Assembly (NCBI GenBank): GCA_977020255.1
Contig: CDROCS010000463.1
Location: 372,001-436,000 of the forward strand
DNA from: Obrimoposthia wandeli
Lineage: Eukaryota
Direction of reading: 5' to 3'
Length of the DNA stretch: 64,000 nucleotides
The position numbers and the translations under genes are program-made. Positions 1 to 15,322 of the stretch are shown piece after piece; position 1 is the first letter of the stretch; each line of letters begins with the position of its first letter. Below the pieces are notes generated by a model, which was not told where the DNA came from, made no database searches, and saw only the letters and a program-made list of their open reading frames with translations.

Positions 1-239
1 CTGTTCAACTCGGCTAAAATTATTATTATTTATCTCTTCCTGGGGAATCTGACATTTTTTCCTAGTATTAAACGCGGGTCCTTTTGTATTATTCGTTGTC
101 TTATCAATTGTGTATTCGTTCACGATATCAATTTACTTATTACATTTATCTTATTTCACAATTCTTATTTTACGATTTCTTATATCAATTTGTTTAGTTC
201 GAGGACTCGTCACTCGACTTGACCTATTCAATTAATTAC

Positions 240-520
240 TTCGAGGAACAAATCCACTTGATTCACAAACTTTATCCAAATTACTTAATTCGAGGAACAA
301 TTCTACTCGATTTTACAACTTTATCAATTACTGAATTCTAGGAACAAATCTACTCGATTTTACAATCTTTATCAAATTACTGAATTCGAGGAACAAATCT
401 ACTCGATTTTACAAACTTTATCAAATTACTTAATTCGAGGAACAAATCCACTCGATTTTCAAACTTTATCAAATTACTTAATTCGAGGAACAAATCTACT
501 CGATTCTCAAACTTATTCAA
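240..520. repeat. ~48-bp minisatellite (about 6 units) in the 5' leader of an LTR retrotransposon
   Basis: Repeated unit TCGAGGAACAAATCTACTCGATTTTACAAACTTTATCAAATTACTTAAT, lying just inside the PBS at 613-630. Confidence 0.9.
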
Positions 521-612
521 TTCTCTTATCTCAATTTGCTTATATCTTCTTCTGTAACTTATTCTCAATTTGCTTTCTTATTCTACGTGAAGTCGCTGTG
601 TCCGACGAGCTA

Positions 613-630
613 TCCTCACTCGGGGCACCA
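613..630 (-). promoter_or_regulatory. Primer-binding site complementary to the 3' end of an elongator tRNA-Met
   Basis: Minus strand reads TGGTGCCCCGAGTGAGGA, 8 nt after the LTR end. The plus strand (TCCTCACTCGGGGCACCA) looks like the eukaryotic elongator tRNA-Met 3' end plus CCA as recalled. Confidence 0.7.
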
Positions 631-638
631 ATTTAATA

Positions 639-2163
639 TGTTGGGGTTTCTATATGAAACTGTGTTCTAATATAGATCCTCTTTAGTGGAGGGCCCCAAC
701 GTGAGTTCTATAGAAGCAGGACTTGTAGATGGTTGTGGCCTACTTAATGTTATACTTGCCTGTCTCAATTCTTATCTGAAGGTTTGTTGTTTTGTCTTAA
801 TCTGAAGGGTTTAGAACAACGGTTTCTAGTTGTAGGAAATCGTTTATTATTAAGCACACTAAATTAACACGTCTAAGTACGTTCTAAAAATTACAATAAA
901 ATTCCTAAGACTTCTGTAAGTCTCTACACAAGTGGGGATGATCCACGTATCGATTTTATTTTAGAGTTGGTTAGTTACCAGTGTCTCTACTCTGAACTGT
1001 GGTTAAGTGCAAGGGTATAGATTTTGGAGAGCTGGTTGCTCTAAAATAGGGATTGAGTTTAGTAAACTTTCTTAATCAAACTCTTTGGTAATGATCTGAT
1101 TCTCTAAATTAATATTCAATTGTGCTCTACTTTATAGAGTCTTTCTAAATTGATACGTTGAAAAATCACTCTAAATTAATATTCAATTTGTGCTCTACTT
1201 TATAGAGTCTTTCTAAATTAATATTCAAATCAACTCTCTACTTTTATCTCCGCGCTTGTTCCTTACCTCTTCTGTATAACCTGGCGTCCGGTCTCAGTTG
1301 GCCTCCTCAGATGTCGGTCGAATCCTCTGCTCGGTACTCTTGACGTGCTGTGATCACACTGTACGGCTCTCGTTCTGGGTGATTCCGACGGTCTCTCCTT
1401 GTTTTCAGTTGTGCTGTCTATAATAATCGAGTAATTTGCTTTCGATTATTTAATCTTACCTTCTTCTTCGTTCTCTCTTTTTGCTTCTCTTGATTTGGGT
1501 GTTCGGAATCTATCTCCGAGACTTTCTTTAACAAATTGTCGCTCTTGATTTGGTTGCTCGGAATCTATCGCCGAGACTTGCTTTAACAAATTGTCGCTCT
1601 TGATTTGATCACGAGTCTTTTTGATTCCAACTTTCGGGCAAAATAATAACTGCTACTGTCAAATTTAATAATAATTTAGACTTATATAGTCTACCTTTCT
1701 CGTGGTGTATCGCTGTCACTCGAATTTCCTTCCTTCTCTTCTTACGGTCCTGCAAGGCAATGATTAATCGATCTGATTACTAATCGACACTCACCTCAGA
1801 GAAAACAGCTGTTGCTTCTGTTTTCTTGGCGACGTGGAATTGGTGACGTGGTTTGTTCTCAGCAATTGATTTTAGACTTGATATTCTTCTTTAATGATTG
1901 ACTGGCGACGTGGCTTAACTGTAATTTTCTGGCTTCTTCGTAATTGTAATTTTTTGGGCCTTTAATATTCTTTTTAAAATCCTTATATACTTACCCACGC
2001 TTACACATGACCTTCATGGTCCTAATATTTAATTCCCGTCTTCATTTTATCAATTTAATTTAATAATATAAATTTTATTTTAATTATAACCTTGCTTTCA
2101 AGGATTTTTATTTTACTATAAATTCAATTAATTATTTAAATTTACCAAAACCTAATCCTAACA
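639..2163 (-). mobile_element. 5' LTR of a minus-strand Ty3/Gypsy-like LTR retrotransposon; internal region runs off the left edge
   Basis: TG...CA termini. Ends match the solo LTRs at 7548-9318 and 12495-14165. A PBS is adjacent. Confidence 0.85.
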
Positions 2164-5100
2164 GAAGCGTTAAAATACTTACAAAAACGCAGAAGCATAG
2201 TTAACCCGAATCTCAAATTTCTTGTACAGATTTTTTAAGTATCAGACCAAACAGCAAGAAAACCGTAGATTGCGTGATATTCCGGAAATCCGGATAAAAA
2301 AAGAATTTTTTACAATCTCTAACTACAACAAGGTTATTGTTAATTGACCAAATTAAAACACCAGAAATATTACTTTATATATAAGTCATGTGAGATATAT
2401 AAATGTAATTGTGTTAAATTATATGATGTTTCGGTAACAATCGACGTGATGATTAATCGATAGTTCAAATTAATAAGTTTGCATAGCACCCACCTACAAT
2501 TTATTTTGCCAAATCTTGGACCAATTTCAATCATCATAGGTGTCACAAAAGGAGCATCTAAGTATATACTTATTCGTAGTCAAAGTGAAAACATCTCAAA
2601 ACCTTATAAAAGATAAACTTCAAGAACGAGAAGTTTGATGATACACTCAAAAATATTCCTTCAAATTATACCCACGGGTAAATAGCCCAATAGCTCACCC
2701 TTTCCAAAGACCAACAGAGCCTTGGAACCACAGACTAAAAACCTTTTCGTTAGCGGGTAAATCATTTCTCTGTACAAATGATACAACCAAAGTTCTCAAA
2801 CACAAAGCGATAACAATTGCATATCGAAATGAATACAATAAGGTAAACAAATCACACCCAGTCCAAAATACAATATGTGATTTTGACCATAGAATTTTTA
2901 CCACCATCAACCAAACCCTGTATACGTATTTATCTAATTATATTACCAAAATCAGGTCTGCATGGAAGAACAGATCAAATGAATGTAGCTAATCAACTGT
3001 CTTCAATGATCAACCGCAAACTGATCATTGAAAGCGACTTACATACACTATTAGCATACTTCCATATACCTTTAACTTTAACAATAGGAATTTGGAACCT
3101 CACTCAAAATGCATCCACCACCAGTTCAGGAGAAACCCCAAAATTTTGTAAAAAGAGGTTGTTATCAACGGATTCATATAAAACTAGATTGCATCAGTAA
3201 TGCTACGATGGAAGCAGATTAATAATAGAGTCACATGAGGCACTACGTCAGCCGTGGATTTGTGACTCAGAAGAAGAATTCATAATACAACAGAGGAAAG
3301 GCAACATCAGAATTTAATTTGCAGACAAGTCGTGCAGCGAATCCAGAGACAAAAAAGAGAAGATATAAAAGAAGGAAAGAAAGAGAATATATACACAAGA
3401 AACAGACAAAGAGGCACATTGAAGAAAACGGATATGCAGCACATCTAAGAAGACAAATATACGAGTATTACAATCCGTCTCTCTCGCAACGAGATCAACA
3501 AAAACATGGATCACGCCGAACCAATGAAGACTCCGGATCAGTAACACGACTTTGGAACAAACTATGTAAGAAATACTAGGATTAATTGCCACAAATTATT
3601 TATTTATTTAATAATGTTTTCTAACATGACAGAGTACTAACCAGTATCGGTCTTTGTATTTTGTAGATAGAGGTTTGACAAAATAAACAGCCTATGAAGG
3701 CAACAGTATTTTAAAATCAGCACAATTAGAATGATGATTAGGATTAGGATTTGACCGTTTGTATTTAAAGACTTTTGATATTGTTACTGCACCCAAGTAC
3801 TGAGTTTCTCCATGAAGTTTTATTGCTGTAGTTGATAAATTATTTTGCATTTATTAATTTTATTGACCATATTAACTAGTTACTATAAATTGTACATTGT
3901 CAAAGCAACTCATTTTGGTTGTTCATGTTTTCGACAGTTTGTAACTTATCTGTTAAGACAGCATTATCTAACGTCACCCTAATGAAAATATATTCACATT
4001 CTGAAATAAGCGTAGATCACAGAACCACGTGAACAGATTCATTAAGTTAATAGTTATTGTTCTGACGTGAGGTCAGATATTTTGAGAGAATGTATGTACA
4101 AAAATAATAATTATATTTTAAATGTCACATATGCTTTTTGTTAAAAAGAGAAAACGTATGTTTAGAATAAAAATTTGAATTGGTGATCAGTGTGAAACAT
4201 TTTTTGTGGTGTTTAATTGAATAAATTTTTTGAAGTTAAGCCTTTTTGTTATCTATCAAAACCAGTGATACAAATACAACCAAAATACATTAGTACGCGA
4301 AATAACCTTCAGACATTTGAGACACTTCAGGATAGGCCATACAAGTCTTATTAGTAAATTATTAGTTATTACTCTTAAGAAATCACGCATCAGAGGCTTC
4401 TTTAAGAAGTAAAACAACTTTAGTTCGAACATAATAAACAACTCTGGCTTCATTACGGTGTACATTGTGTTTCGTACTATATGTTTTTTCCCAAAACTAA
4501 TTAACTTTCAGATTTGAGAATACCCGGGAAAGGATTTAACATGCAAGTTATTTTAAGAACTCACAAACTAGAGGCTTTCTAAAGAAGTGACACAACTCTA
4601 GTCTAAACAGATTTATTCGATATTAGCGCTTTAAATATATTATGATTATTGTTATTAAAATGACTATGAAACGAACTACAAGAATTTATGTATACAATAT
4701 ATCAGACGTCAGCCAAAGAAATTCATTGAGCTACATAGCGTAATATACAATACTGAATTATGGAATTAAAATTATTTAAATTAAAATTTCTTTAAAATTT
4801 ATTAGTCTAAACTTACGGATCAGACATGATCTCAGCCGTAATCTTTAAGTAAATATATAGAATAACACGACACGATTTGCCTGACATTATGTAGGACCAG
4901 TTAATCTAATATTTTATTTCGTTGTACATAATTTCTTGTATAAACCATCAGTGAAATGTGTAATATATTGTCTTAATGTAATTGATCATTGTATTAACTG
5001 TCAGTGGGAAATTTAATATAATAAAACATTTTATACTCATTATTTTTGAACACGTATAATACTTAAATTATTTAAGAAACAAGTTATATTTGTTGTGGAA

Positions 5101-5512
5101 TACGCATGAACATTCAATGTAGTTCAGCATACAGTACGAATGCACATGTGAGTTGCACCTTCACATTGAGATTAACCAATTCTGTACGATCTAGCGTATA
5201 AATAACTTTAACAAAAATAGCTTCATTAAAATAAATTTAAAAAGATTATTCTTAATTAACGTCAGATAGAATGAAACTGAATTAATTAAACTTATGACCG
5301 AAACATAGATTGGCTTCATTATTTTAAAAACACATTCTGAATAAAATTACTTTTAAACAAAAACATTAACGGAATCAAACTAAAATTAACATTTTCCTAT
5401 ACATTTAAAAACCGTTTACAAAGTAAATTAATTGAATCAAAAATGATTTTAAGGCAGCACAAGTCATTTGGAACGGTATAATACACTAAGAAAACAAAAT
5501 GTGAACCCATAA

Positions 5513-5518
5513 TTTATT
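5513..5518 (-). terminator. Probable polyadenylation signal of GAPDH
   Basis: AATAAA on the minus strand about 200 nt after the GAPDH stop codon. Confidence 0.45.
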
Positions 5519-5713
5519 ATCTCTATTACACAGGTATTATTATTTATCATATAACGATAGTAGCATAAGTCATATTGGGCTGAAGTCAGACGCAGAGCTC
5601 AGACAACATGACAACTAACAGTACGGATAGTAATATTAAAACAGAATTGTTCTAACACAAGCGTCAGCTATAGAAACTGCACAGATAATATGCACGCAGA
5701 TTCTTCACCCAGA

Positions 5714-6748
<1,035 letters not shown>

Positions 6749-7547
6749 CTAAAAAATTAGACTAATAACAATAATGAAAATCTAAATCCTACGTGATTGA
6801 AATATCAGACAATGTTTAGGTGCACTTTGCAAATTTGTATTGAAATAGTTAAACAAATTTATTTCAGGAAATTCACATAAAATATTTTATAATTACCAAA
6901 ATTACTGCACAATTTCATAAATATTTATGTTGACTTTCTAAAATTTCTTATTTTTAAAATATTTTTTCTGTATCTTGTAATTGAATTCTAAAAATTGATA
7001 TATTATGTAATTATTTATTACGTGATTTAGAGTTACAAAAATATTCCTGTATTATTAATATAAAGTAAGTATTTTAGTTTCTAATAACGGTAACATTGTA
7101 CCATAATCCCGTAAAATTTATTTCAAGCTTCATTCGATTCAAAATATTATACGTTAACAAATTGATAAATAGTAATCAATATCATACTATAAATTGATAT
7201 TATTATTTCCTACACTCAAAAGTATTTTATATTTTTATATATTCTGAAAACGGTTAAAATTGTTAATATTATTTGTTATTTTTTATTGTTAGCTACATGT
7301 TTTAACTTTTGGTAATAATTTTTTTTTAAACTATCATTACACAGTGCAGCAATCTTTAAAATTTTACACAAAACTTATTAGTATTTGCACTTTTATTTAA
7401 TGACATACAATTTCTCTTCATTAGATTTTGTTTAAATCAAAAGTGTCTGAATTATCTGGTAGTTAGAAAAGATTTTTACAACTTTTTCTTTCAAAATGTT
7501 GGGTTAGAATTCTCGTGTTAAGGCCCCCAGCGTGAGTTCTATAGAGA

Positions 7548-9318
7548 TGTTAGGATTAGGATTTGATAAATTTTAAATAATTAATCTAATTTATATAAAA
7601 ATAAAATCCTTGAAAGCAAGGTTATAAAACTAAATAAAAAAAAATATTTAAAATAAATTGATGAGAGTAAAAGGCAAATTAAATATTAGGACCTTGAAAG
7701 GTCATGTTCAATGTGTTATATATAAGGAGGTTGAAATTAAATAAAAGGACCCCAAAAAACAAAGTTTGAAAGAAGAGAATTTAGAAGTTAAGAAAAAAAT
7801 AAGTTAATTAAACGAGAAAAAGGACGAAGAAGAAAATCCAATTAGAGAAAATCAAGAAGAAGTCCATTAGCGACCGACGGGAGGACAGCAATCGAGCAGC
7901 AAAGAAACGACAAACCCATTAGCAGTCTGGGAGCCACGACAAATCAAACAAGAAACACTCACCTAATCTCCGAGAATCGAGCAGCAAGAGGCGACAGATC
8001 CATTAGCATCAGCAGACGGAATCCAGCCACGAAGGTAGGAGCACTTAGCTTAAGTGCAAGTGATTAATTTATTTTAGGAAAACTGCGACAGGAAAATTGA
8101 AATAGCCTCACTGGCCGAGAGACATATAAAAGCGAGTGACGCTTTCAAGGAGACGCACAAAAAACATAGAAATATTCAGCAGTCATCGCCACGCAAAAGC
8201 TCCAGAAGTCGAACAGCGGAGATTGTATTATAAATTCTCATCTGACGAAATTGTGAATCCTCATCTGACGAAATCTAGCGAGACCGGACGTCAATTTATA
8301 CGGAAACGAGGTAAGAGGAGGACGTGGTATAGTAAATTAACTAGTTTTGAATCTGAAATACCCCATATTTAAAGTTTGAAAGTCAGGAAAGATATATTAA
8401 TTTAACCAATTTTGAATCTGAAATACCCCATATTTAAAGTTTGAAAGTCAATAAAGATATATTAATTTAACTAGTTTTGAATCTGAAATACTCCATATTT
8501 AAAGTTTGAAAGTCAGGAAAGATATATTAATTTAACTAGTTTTGAATCTGAAATACCCCATATTTAAAGTTTGAAAGTCAAGAAAGATATATTAATTTAA
8601 CTAGTTTTGAATCTGAAATACCCCATATTTAAAGTGTGAAAGTCAAGAAAGATATATTAATTTAACTAATTTTGAATCTGAAATACCCCATATTTAAAGT
8701 TTGAAAGTCAAGAAAGATATATTAATTTAACTAGTTTTGAATCTGAAATACGCTGATAATCGATAAGAAAATATATTCATATTTTAGAGTGGTTACCCTA
8801 TATAAAATCAACCATTAACTGTCATATTTTAGAGCAACAAGCTCTCTAAACTCATTTCCTATTTTAGAGCAAAAAGCTCTCTAAACTCATTTCCTATTTT
8901 AGAGCGACAGCTTTGTAAAATCTATAAACTTAAATTGCCCGCATTTTTAGAGTAAAGACTCTAGCGCCCAACCAACCCTAAACTTAAAATCGATACGTGG
9001 ATCATCCCCACTTGTGTAGAGACTTACAGAAGTCTTAGGAATTTTATTGTAACTTTTTAGAATACGTACTTAGACGTATTAATTCGTGTTAGTCTAGTGT
9101 GTTTAATAATAAACGATTTCCTACAACTAGAAAGCATTGTTCTAAACCCTTCAGATTAAGACAAAACAACAAACCTTCAGATAAGAATTGAGACAGGCAA
9201 GCATAACATTAAGTAGGCCACAACCATCTACAAGTCCTTCTTCTATAGAACTCACGTTGGGGCCCTCCATCTAAAGAGGATCTATATTAGAACACAGTTT
9301 CATATAGAAACCCCAACA
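7548..9318 (+). mobile_element. Solo LTR (Ty3/Gypsy-like) with 4-bp TSD GAGA
   Basis: TGTTAGGATTAGG...GAAACCCCAACA flanked by GAGA at 7544-7547 and 9319-9322. TATA-like TATAAAA near 8125. Confidence 0.92.
8339..8750. repeat. 65-bp minisatellite (about 6.3 units) inside the solo LTR
   Basis: Unit AACTAGTTTTGAATCTGAAATACCCCATATTTAAAGTTTGAAAGTCAAGAAAGATATATTAATTT. Confidence 0.95.
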
Positions 9319-12300
9319 GAGATATGTCTTATTGATTTTATTTGCCAACCTAATGCAATCAAGCCTGAAGTTCAGTTATCCGAAATCTTCCCTAAACTAT
9401 TGTGGTGTGATTTAGATCTTAAAGTAGCCAGTTAAGCCAATTCAAATCTGAACCGAGACTACAAAAATTGGGAATTATAAGCCAGACGACTCTGCTGCGA
9501 ATCGATTTGTCTGGTGTACAGAATATGTCGCTTTTAGGCAGGTTGAGTCTCAACCTTGTTACAAATGTTTTAGTTCCTATTAACTCTCAGGGTGTAACGC
9601 GTCTTTGATTAAAACGAGCAGTATTTGCTTATAATTTATTTAGTCTAAAATTAACACTACTTAATACAATAGCATTTTGAATCACCAATTTCTATGATAC
9701 AACTTACACACAATCATATCGACAGGTGAATTCTATAAGTGGCGACACTAACGTTTTAACAATCCTTTGGCTAATCTATAAGAGTGATGTATAGATCTGC
9801 AAACCATATTTTAATAATGTTAGTGAGACAATTCAATGATAATCTCCAATCTTTACTTCTAATTCACTTCTAATCCACCAAATTTAATTAAAATAAACTT
9901 AGTAAATTTCACCATATTAATTGAATTCACAAAATACTATTCAAATCCAATGTTTAAATTCGGGATAATAAAAATCAAAATCAATTTTTGATTCAATACT
10001 TTAATTCGTGGAAGTGCTACAATTAATTATTTACTGTGTTGAACTTGTGTTTTAGATCGATCACCTGGATAAACTGCGTTAAATATATACCCGATACTGT
10101 CTTAAATACCGTGTGTTGAATTGTGGGTGAATCTTGATCATTCCTTCGATGCGACACTGGGTGCCTGTGGTTCAATGACTGGATATAAGGCCGGATGTAA
10201 CTTCTATGTTGTGTGTTAATTATCTCGTAATTACAGTCTCAGTTGAGTGAATTATTTCAAAATATACAATCTCAGTCGTTTGCAATTCTCATTGTTTTAA
10301 CTTCTTTTAGCGAATTTCATCAGGGCTCTTTTTATTTTCACTGTTATTCTTATGGATTCTTACACATTTTCAATGCATATCAATGAAATAATTTTTTCTA
10401 AACTTCTACTATTTTTCCATGTTTATTCCTAATTTATTTTTAAAATTTTATTATTTTAATTCTAAAGTAAGGTTATTTTATTTACTATAAATAACCGATT
10501 TTAATATTCTTATTTAATATTTTTCTTCATCTTGGCTGCACTTTCTTCGCCCACATTTCCATTAGCATAATTACTGTAAGAAATATCATTGCCATTACTA
10601 TCAATCATTTTACTAGTGTTATCAATTTCTCAGTTAACTGGTGATTGTTATTTTCCTTGTTTTTTATATACTATTTTGAAATCTGACGTTCGTTTTCAGT
10701 ACGTGAGTTGTGATTTTTTGATTTCTAAGAGTTTTTGTTCTTGGGGTACTCATTCAAGTTTTATCATTATCGAGATTTCGTTTCTAGTGGAATTGTTCAT
10801 TTTGCTATTTTCTTCTCAATGGTTAGACTTCAGTTCTTTCAAATTCGTTAAACTGCCCTGATCATGATACCAAATTTACTGAATCTAGTTGTTTGGTAAT
10901 CCAAGTTTAGATAGTACATGTGATTTTGTTGTTCACTTGATAATACAATGATCACAGTATATGTTCTTCTATCATTACTAAGTATTTGACTACACGTCCA
11001 TCTGGTCTCGTTTGTTTGTCTCACAACTTTAAATAGTAGTGTCTATCTTTCTTCAGTGTTCTTTCTGGGACATGCTAAAATTTCTTGCTCGGTATTTTGT
11101 AATCGGAAATATATGGCAACCGAGTTATTTGATTCCATATTGAGTTTTAGTAATTGTAATTTTGTCGACGATTGTCCAGTTGCGTTTATCATCGGGTATT
11201 AGCATAGTTCTGGCTCAAGTGACTTGAATAATCTTTTTTTCTTGGTAATGGTGATTTGAAATGTATAACTTTTTCGTTCCCTATTAAGCTAAGGGGAGTG
11301 TAAGTTAAGCCTTATTGTTATGGTACGTATGAAATGTGTAGGATTCAGTTCTCGATTGTAAACTTTTATTTCTGTAGTTGAGTAGAGGGATGTGCCTCTT
11401 TCAGGACAAACCCCACTCCCTAAAAACCAGTGCAAAAATTGTTTTCAAAAATATTCTGTCAAACTATTGCTTAGGCAACAGTTTCTATGCCGTTATTATA
11501 TATCATATGTATTTTATTTAAATAGGAATTTTATCCATTGTTTTTTTAGCGAAAATTTGTTTTAACGCATCAATGAAATCAATTAGGTCGAGAAGAGTAA
11601 ATAAGAAATTTTTTTAAAGTTTCATTTCATTATTTAAAAAATGTATTACAAGAGAGAAATTTTATTGAAAAAGCTCCCGAACAGCGAGAAGCACTTTTTA
11701 GAAGAGAAGTGCTATCTCGCAGAGGATGGATGCTCCAGGAGTCTCTTGAAGTAAAAATGATCCCGGGCTTCATTGGTTGGTTTCCAAATGGTCAATCACC
11801 TATACTGCCACATAGAAACTGGCAGTTAGACCTTAGCATGGACACACAAACGAGTCTTCATTAGGGCTACAAAAGAAAGGGATGAGAGGGACTCTAATTT
11901 TTTGTTAGAGTTTTTGGAAAAAATAGTTTTAAAATGTTATATATTAAAAAATTAACTTTAGCTACTTACTTTTAAAAGTAGCTAACTATCTACTTGTAAA
12001 AAATTAATTTCTTATTTTATTTATATTAACTACTCATCAAAATAAGTATTATATAATTACCAAAAGTTAATTTCATATTTTCAAATTTGGGTTTTTAGAC
12101 TGTTTACTGAAATATTTTGTACCAAGATATGCACTAGAAACCTTTTTAAGTGCTGTGAATGCTTTATGTAATCCTACAAAAATATCAAGCAAACCATTCC
12201 CCTTTTCCCCATTTCATCTTCAATATATTCCATATTATTTTCAATTTTAGAGCATTCGTATTAACTCCATCAAACCATCTACTTAAAAGATCCCCTACTA

Positions 12301-12494
12301 TAAAGGGAACACTCCCACTCTTCATCATTTTTTTACCCTTTTAGTATTTAATGATTTAGAAGTAGCTTTTTTACTCATTTTCTTATTAAATATTATTAAA
12401 TTATTACTATTGTTTATAAAGAAGAAAATAAAGATAGAAATATATATATTTTAAAATCAACTCTAACTGATTTAATTATTTTCGATATTGGAGT

Positions 12495-14165
12495 TGTTGA
12501 GGGTTTCTATATGAAACTCTCAGATATAGATCCTCTGATGGAGGCCCCCAATGTGAGATCTATAGAAGTAGGGCTTGCAGTTGTTTGTGGCCTACTTAAG
12601 TTTGGGCTTACTTGTCTCAATTTTTATCTGAAGGTTTGTTTTGTCTAAGTGTGGTGGGTCTGTAACAACGCTGTTTAGTTGTAGGAAATCTTTATTCTTT
12701 AACACACTAGTTACGTTCTAAAAAACGTTCTAAAATGACAACAGCTTATCCTAAATACTTTTCCCAAAGTGGGGACGTTTCGCGTATCGATTTTAATTGA
12801 GGGTTTTTAGTTCGATAGAGTCTTTACTCTAAAAATATTGGCGATGCATTTTTAGTTGATTTTAGTAGAGTTGGTTGCTCTAAAAATATGGGCAAGTTAA
12901 GTTTGTTGATTTTAGAGAGCACTCACTCTAAAATATGGGCGGTTAGTTTATTGGTTTTATGCAGAGTAAACACTCTAAAATATGGGCAGTTAGTTTATTG
13001 GTTTTAGTAGAGCTGGTTGCTCTAAAAATATGGGCAATGTAAGTTAAATAAGATCTTTATTTTAACGTAGTTTTTTAACTCAATTTCTTAAAAAATGGAC
13101 AACATAAATGGTTTCCAACTATGCAAAATGCAAAAACTCTTTTACTTCACAATGCTAACTCTTTATAAACTTTAATTTGCCAAACTCTTTCAACTTCAAA
13201 TGCAAAATGCAAAAACTCTTTTAAAACAAACGTGTTTTTCTTTTAATATAACTCACAAAATCAATGTGCTTTCTTTTACAAAAAAACCTTTTAAAACAAT
13301 TTTCTTTTAATATAACTCGCAAAATCAATGTGTTTTCTTTTACACGAAAAACCTTTTAAATCGTTCTCACCTCTTTGCGGCGTTTTTTATTAGTCCCGTT
13401 GGTTCCTCGTTGCTTCCTTGCGCGTATTTCTTGATGGACCTCGTGATCCGATATTCCAGCAAGCTGTATTCAGATTCTCCTGAATTCGGAAATAATGAAC
13501 TCTCCGATTTATTCTCTCACCTTTGTTGTTGATCTTGTTGTAATTCAGCTTCTCAGTTTAATCACGAAAATGGACTTCTTCAATTGTGTTTCTCCAGAAT
13601 TTCTAGCGAGTCTTGTTAATTATGATTTTCTGAATTTTCTAGCGAAAATCACCAATTAAAATTCTTTCATAATATAATTTTTTACCTCTCTTCTTTCCTG
13701 GACACTAATGGAATTCTGATTAGTTTTTCTTTATGGCTCCAAATCTACAGGTTACCGGCGGCTTGATTCTCAGAGGCACTAATTCTGCTAAGTGCTTTTG
13801 TAGACAAATTCGGAGTGCTTTTGTAGACGACTAATGCACGCTCTGTCTACCTGCTGCTTGGATCTCCTGGATGGTAATTGTACTCTTTGGCTCGCTGTAC
13901 TTTTCTTGGGTTAACGGTATCATCTTTTCTTTATTTCTGGTTAATTCGCTAATTTTCTTTTTGGAAAAGTTAATAATTTAAACTTTCCCTTATATACTCA
14001 CACAAGAAACATGACCTCTAAGGTCCTAATTTTATTCAATCCCATTTCTTTTATTTTACATTTTTAATTAATTATTTTATTTTATTTAACCTTTCTTTCA
14101 GGGTTATCTTTCTATGTATATATATATATATATTAATTAATTTTTACTAAATCCTAATCCTAACA
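12495..14165 (-). mobile_element. Solo LTR (Ty3/Gypsy-like) with 4-bp TSD GAGT, inserted into the Polinton relic
   Basis: TG...CA termini with GAGT at 12491-12494 and 14166-14169. The flanks rejoin to match the uninterrupted ORF near 18150. Confidence 0.92.
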
Positions 14166-15009
14166 GAGTCACCAATCCCGAGGGTCCGATCTTATAGCAT
14201 TTTGTCCTTTGATTATGAATAAGATTTCTTGAAGCTTATATTTGATCCCGAATTGATAGAAAAGATTATTGATTATCTCTTTATCCACTGAAGTCAAATT
14301 TGATACTTGAAAATCATATTTAATCGACTCTATATTGATGGGGAAAATTATAGTTATGAGATTTCTTCAAAAAATGCATATCATATCCGTGATATTTATG
14401 CAAGATTGATATAGCTTTTCTAAATTCAGATTCTCAAAATTCATATTTACAATTTAAAATTCAAATATTCAATTGTTTATCCTCTAAAGATCGATTTTAA
14501 TTGGTTAACAATGTTGTTTATGAAACTCGTTTAGTATTAGTTAAATCTCTAAAGGGCTCACGTTCTTCTATTTCTCGTGAAGAACTTGTTGTTGTTTCAG
14601 TTGATAGATTAATATTTTAACTAAGATTATTTCCCAATATCAAGAAACAATATTCTATATTATGGATTATATTGATGGAAAGAAGATCAATTTAGTAAAA
14701 CGAATGTTTCCAAATTACAAAATTGTGAATTATAATAAGTTTCAAAAATTTAAAGAAAATGCCAAAAAATATTCGATGTCCATTTAGAAAACACGGAAAA
14801 CATCATGCTTATTTCCTTTCGGTTGGTGTGCGCACACAGGATGAGTCAGGTGGACTAGAATCTATCCTTCCACCTACTGGCAAAGCCTAAAAAAATCAAT
14901 AAGAAAAAGAAGTGAATTAATCAAGTCTGTAGTTCGAAGTAAAAGAAAACTTAAATGATTTCGAATATAAACAATAATAAACATGAACTTTTTTATATGA
15001 AGAAAGTAT

Positions 15010-15322
15010 AAAAAAGCATACTCTATTTCAAAGCTTTGATGAAAGCTTCTTCTCATAAGAGAATGAGTATTCTTAAAGCATTTTCATCTTTTGTTGCAGA
15101 TGCTTTATTGGAGGTTTGTATAATATAGTTTTGGGTCGAGTAAAAATTGGAAAACGGGAAAATGTATTAAAGAAATATAGAAAATCTCGACTAGATATTT
15201 TTAATGTAAAAAAAGAAGGAAAATGAAATATTATTCTTAAACATAATGGTGCTTTCATAGGAGCTGTTATACCGGCTTTTGCTTCAATTATTAGTAGTAT
15301 TATAGCTGCGACACGTATATAA
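15010..15322 (+). pseudogene. Decayed Polinton/adintovirus-type small basic protein with a hydrophobic C-terminal tail
   Basis: Across one frameshift and one stop it reads YFKALMKASSHKRMSILKAFSSFVADALLEVC/YNIVLGRVKIGKRENVLKKYRK...IILKHNGAFIGAVIPAFASIISSIIA. This resembles, from memory, the conserved small Maverick protein ending ..QxGGFLxxLxxxxxSxxxxL. Confidence 0.6.

Larger units (their letters stand above)
7497..10520 (-). mobile_element. Older LTR of a related family, interrupted by the solo LTR at 7548-9318
   Basis: 7497-7547 begins TGTT and shares GGCCCC..CGTGAGTTCTATAGA with the other LTR ends. 9323-10520 has LTR-like composition and shares ATTTATAGTAAATAAAATAACCTT with the LTR-like block at 59944. 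The right boundary is approximate. Confidence 0.45.

Noticed and set aside
377-568. 63-aa ORF with internal repeats
   Set aside because: It is a translation of the ~48-bp minisatellite.
2200-3600. Several short ORFs, possibly a decayed retroelement
   Set aside because: No diagnostic motif could be recognised and frames are interrupted.
3735-3755. TTAGGATTAGGATTTG resembling an LTR start or telomere-like repeat
   Set aside because: Too short, with no continuation or matching end.
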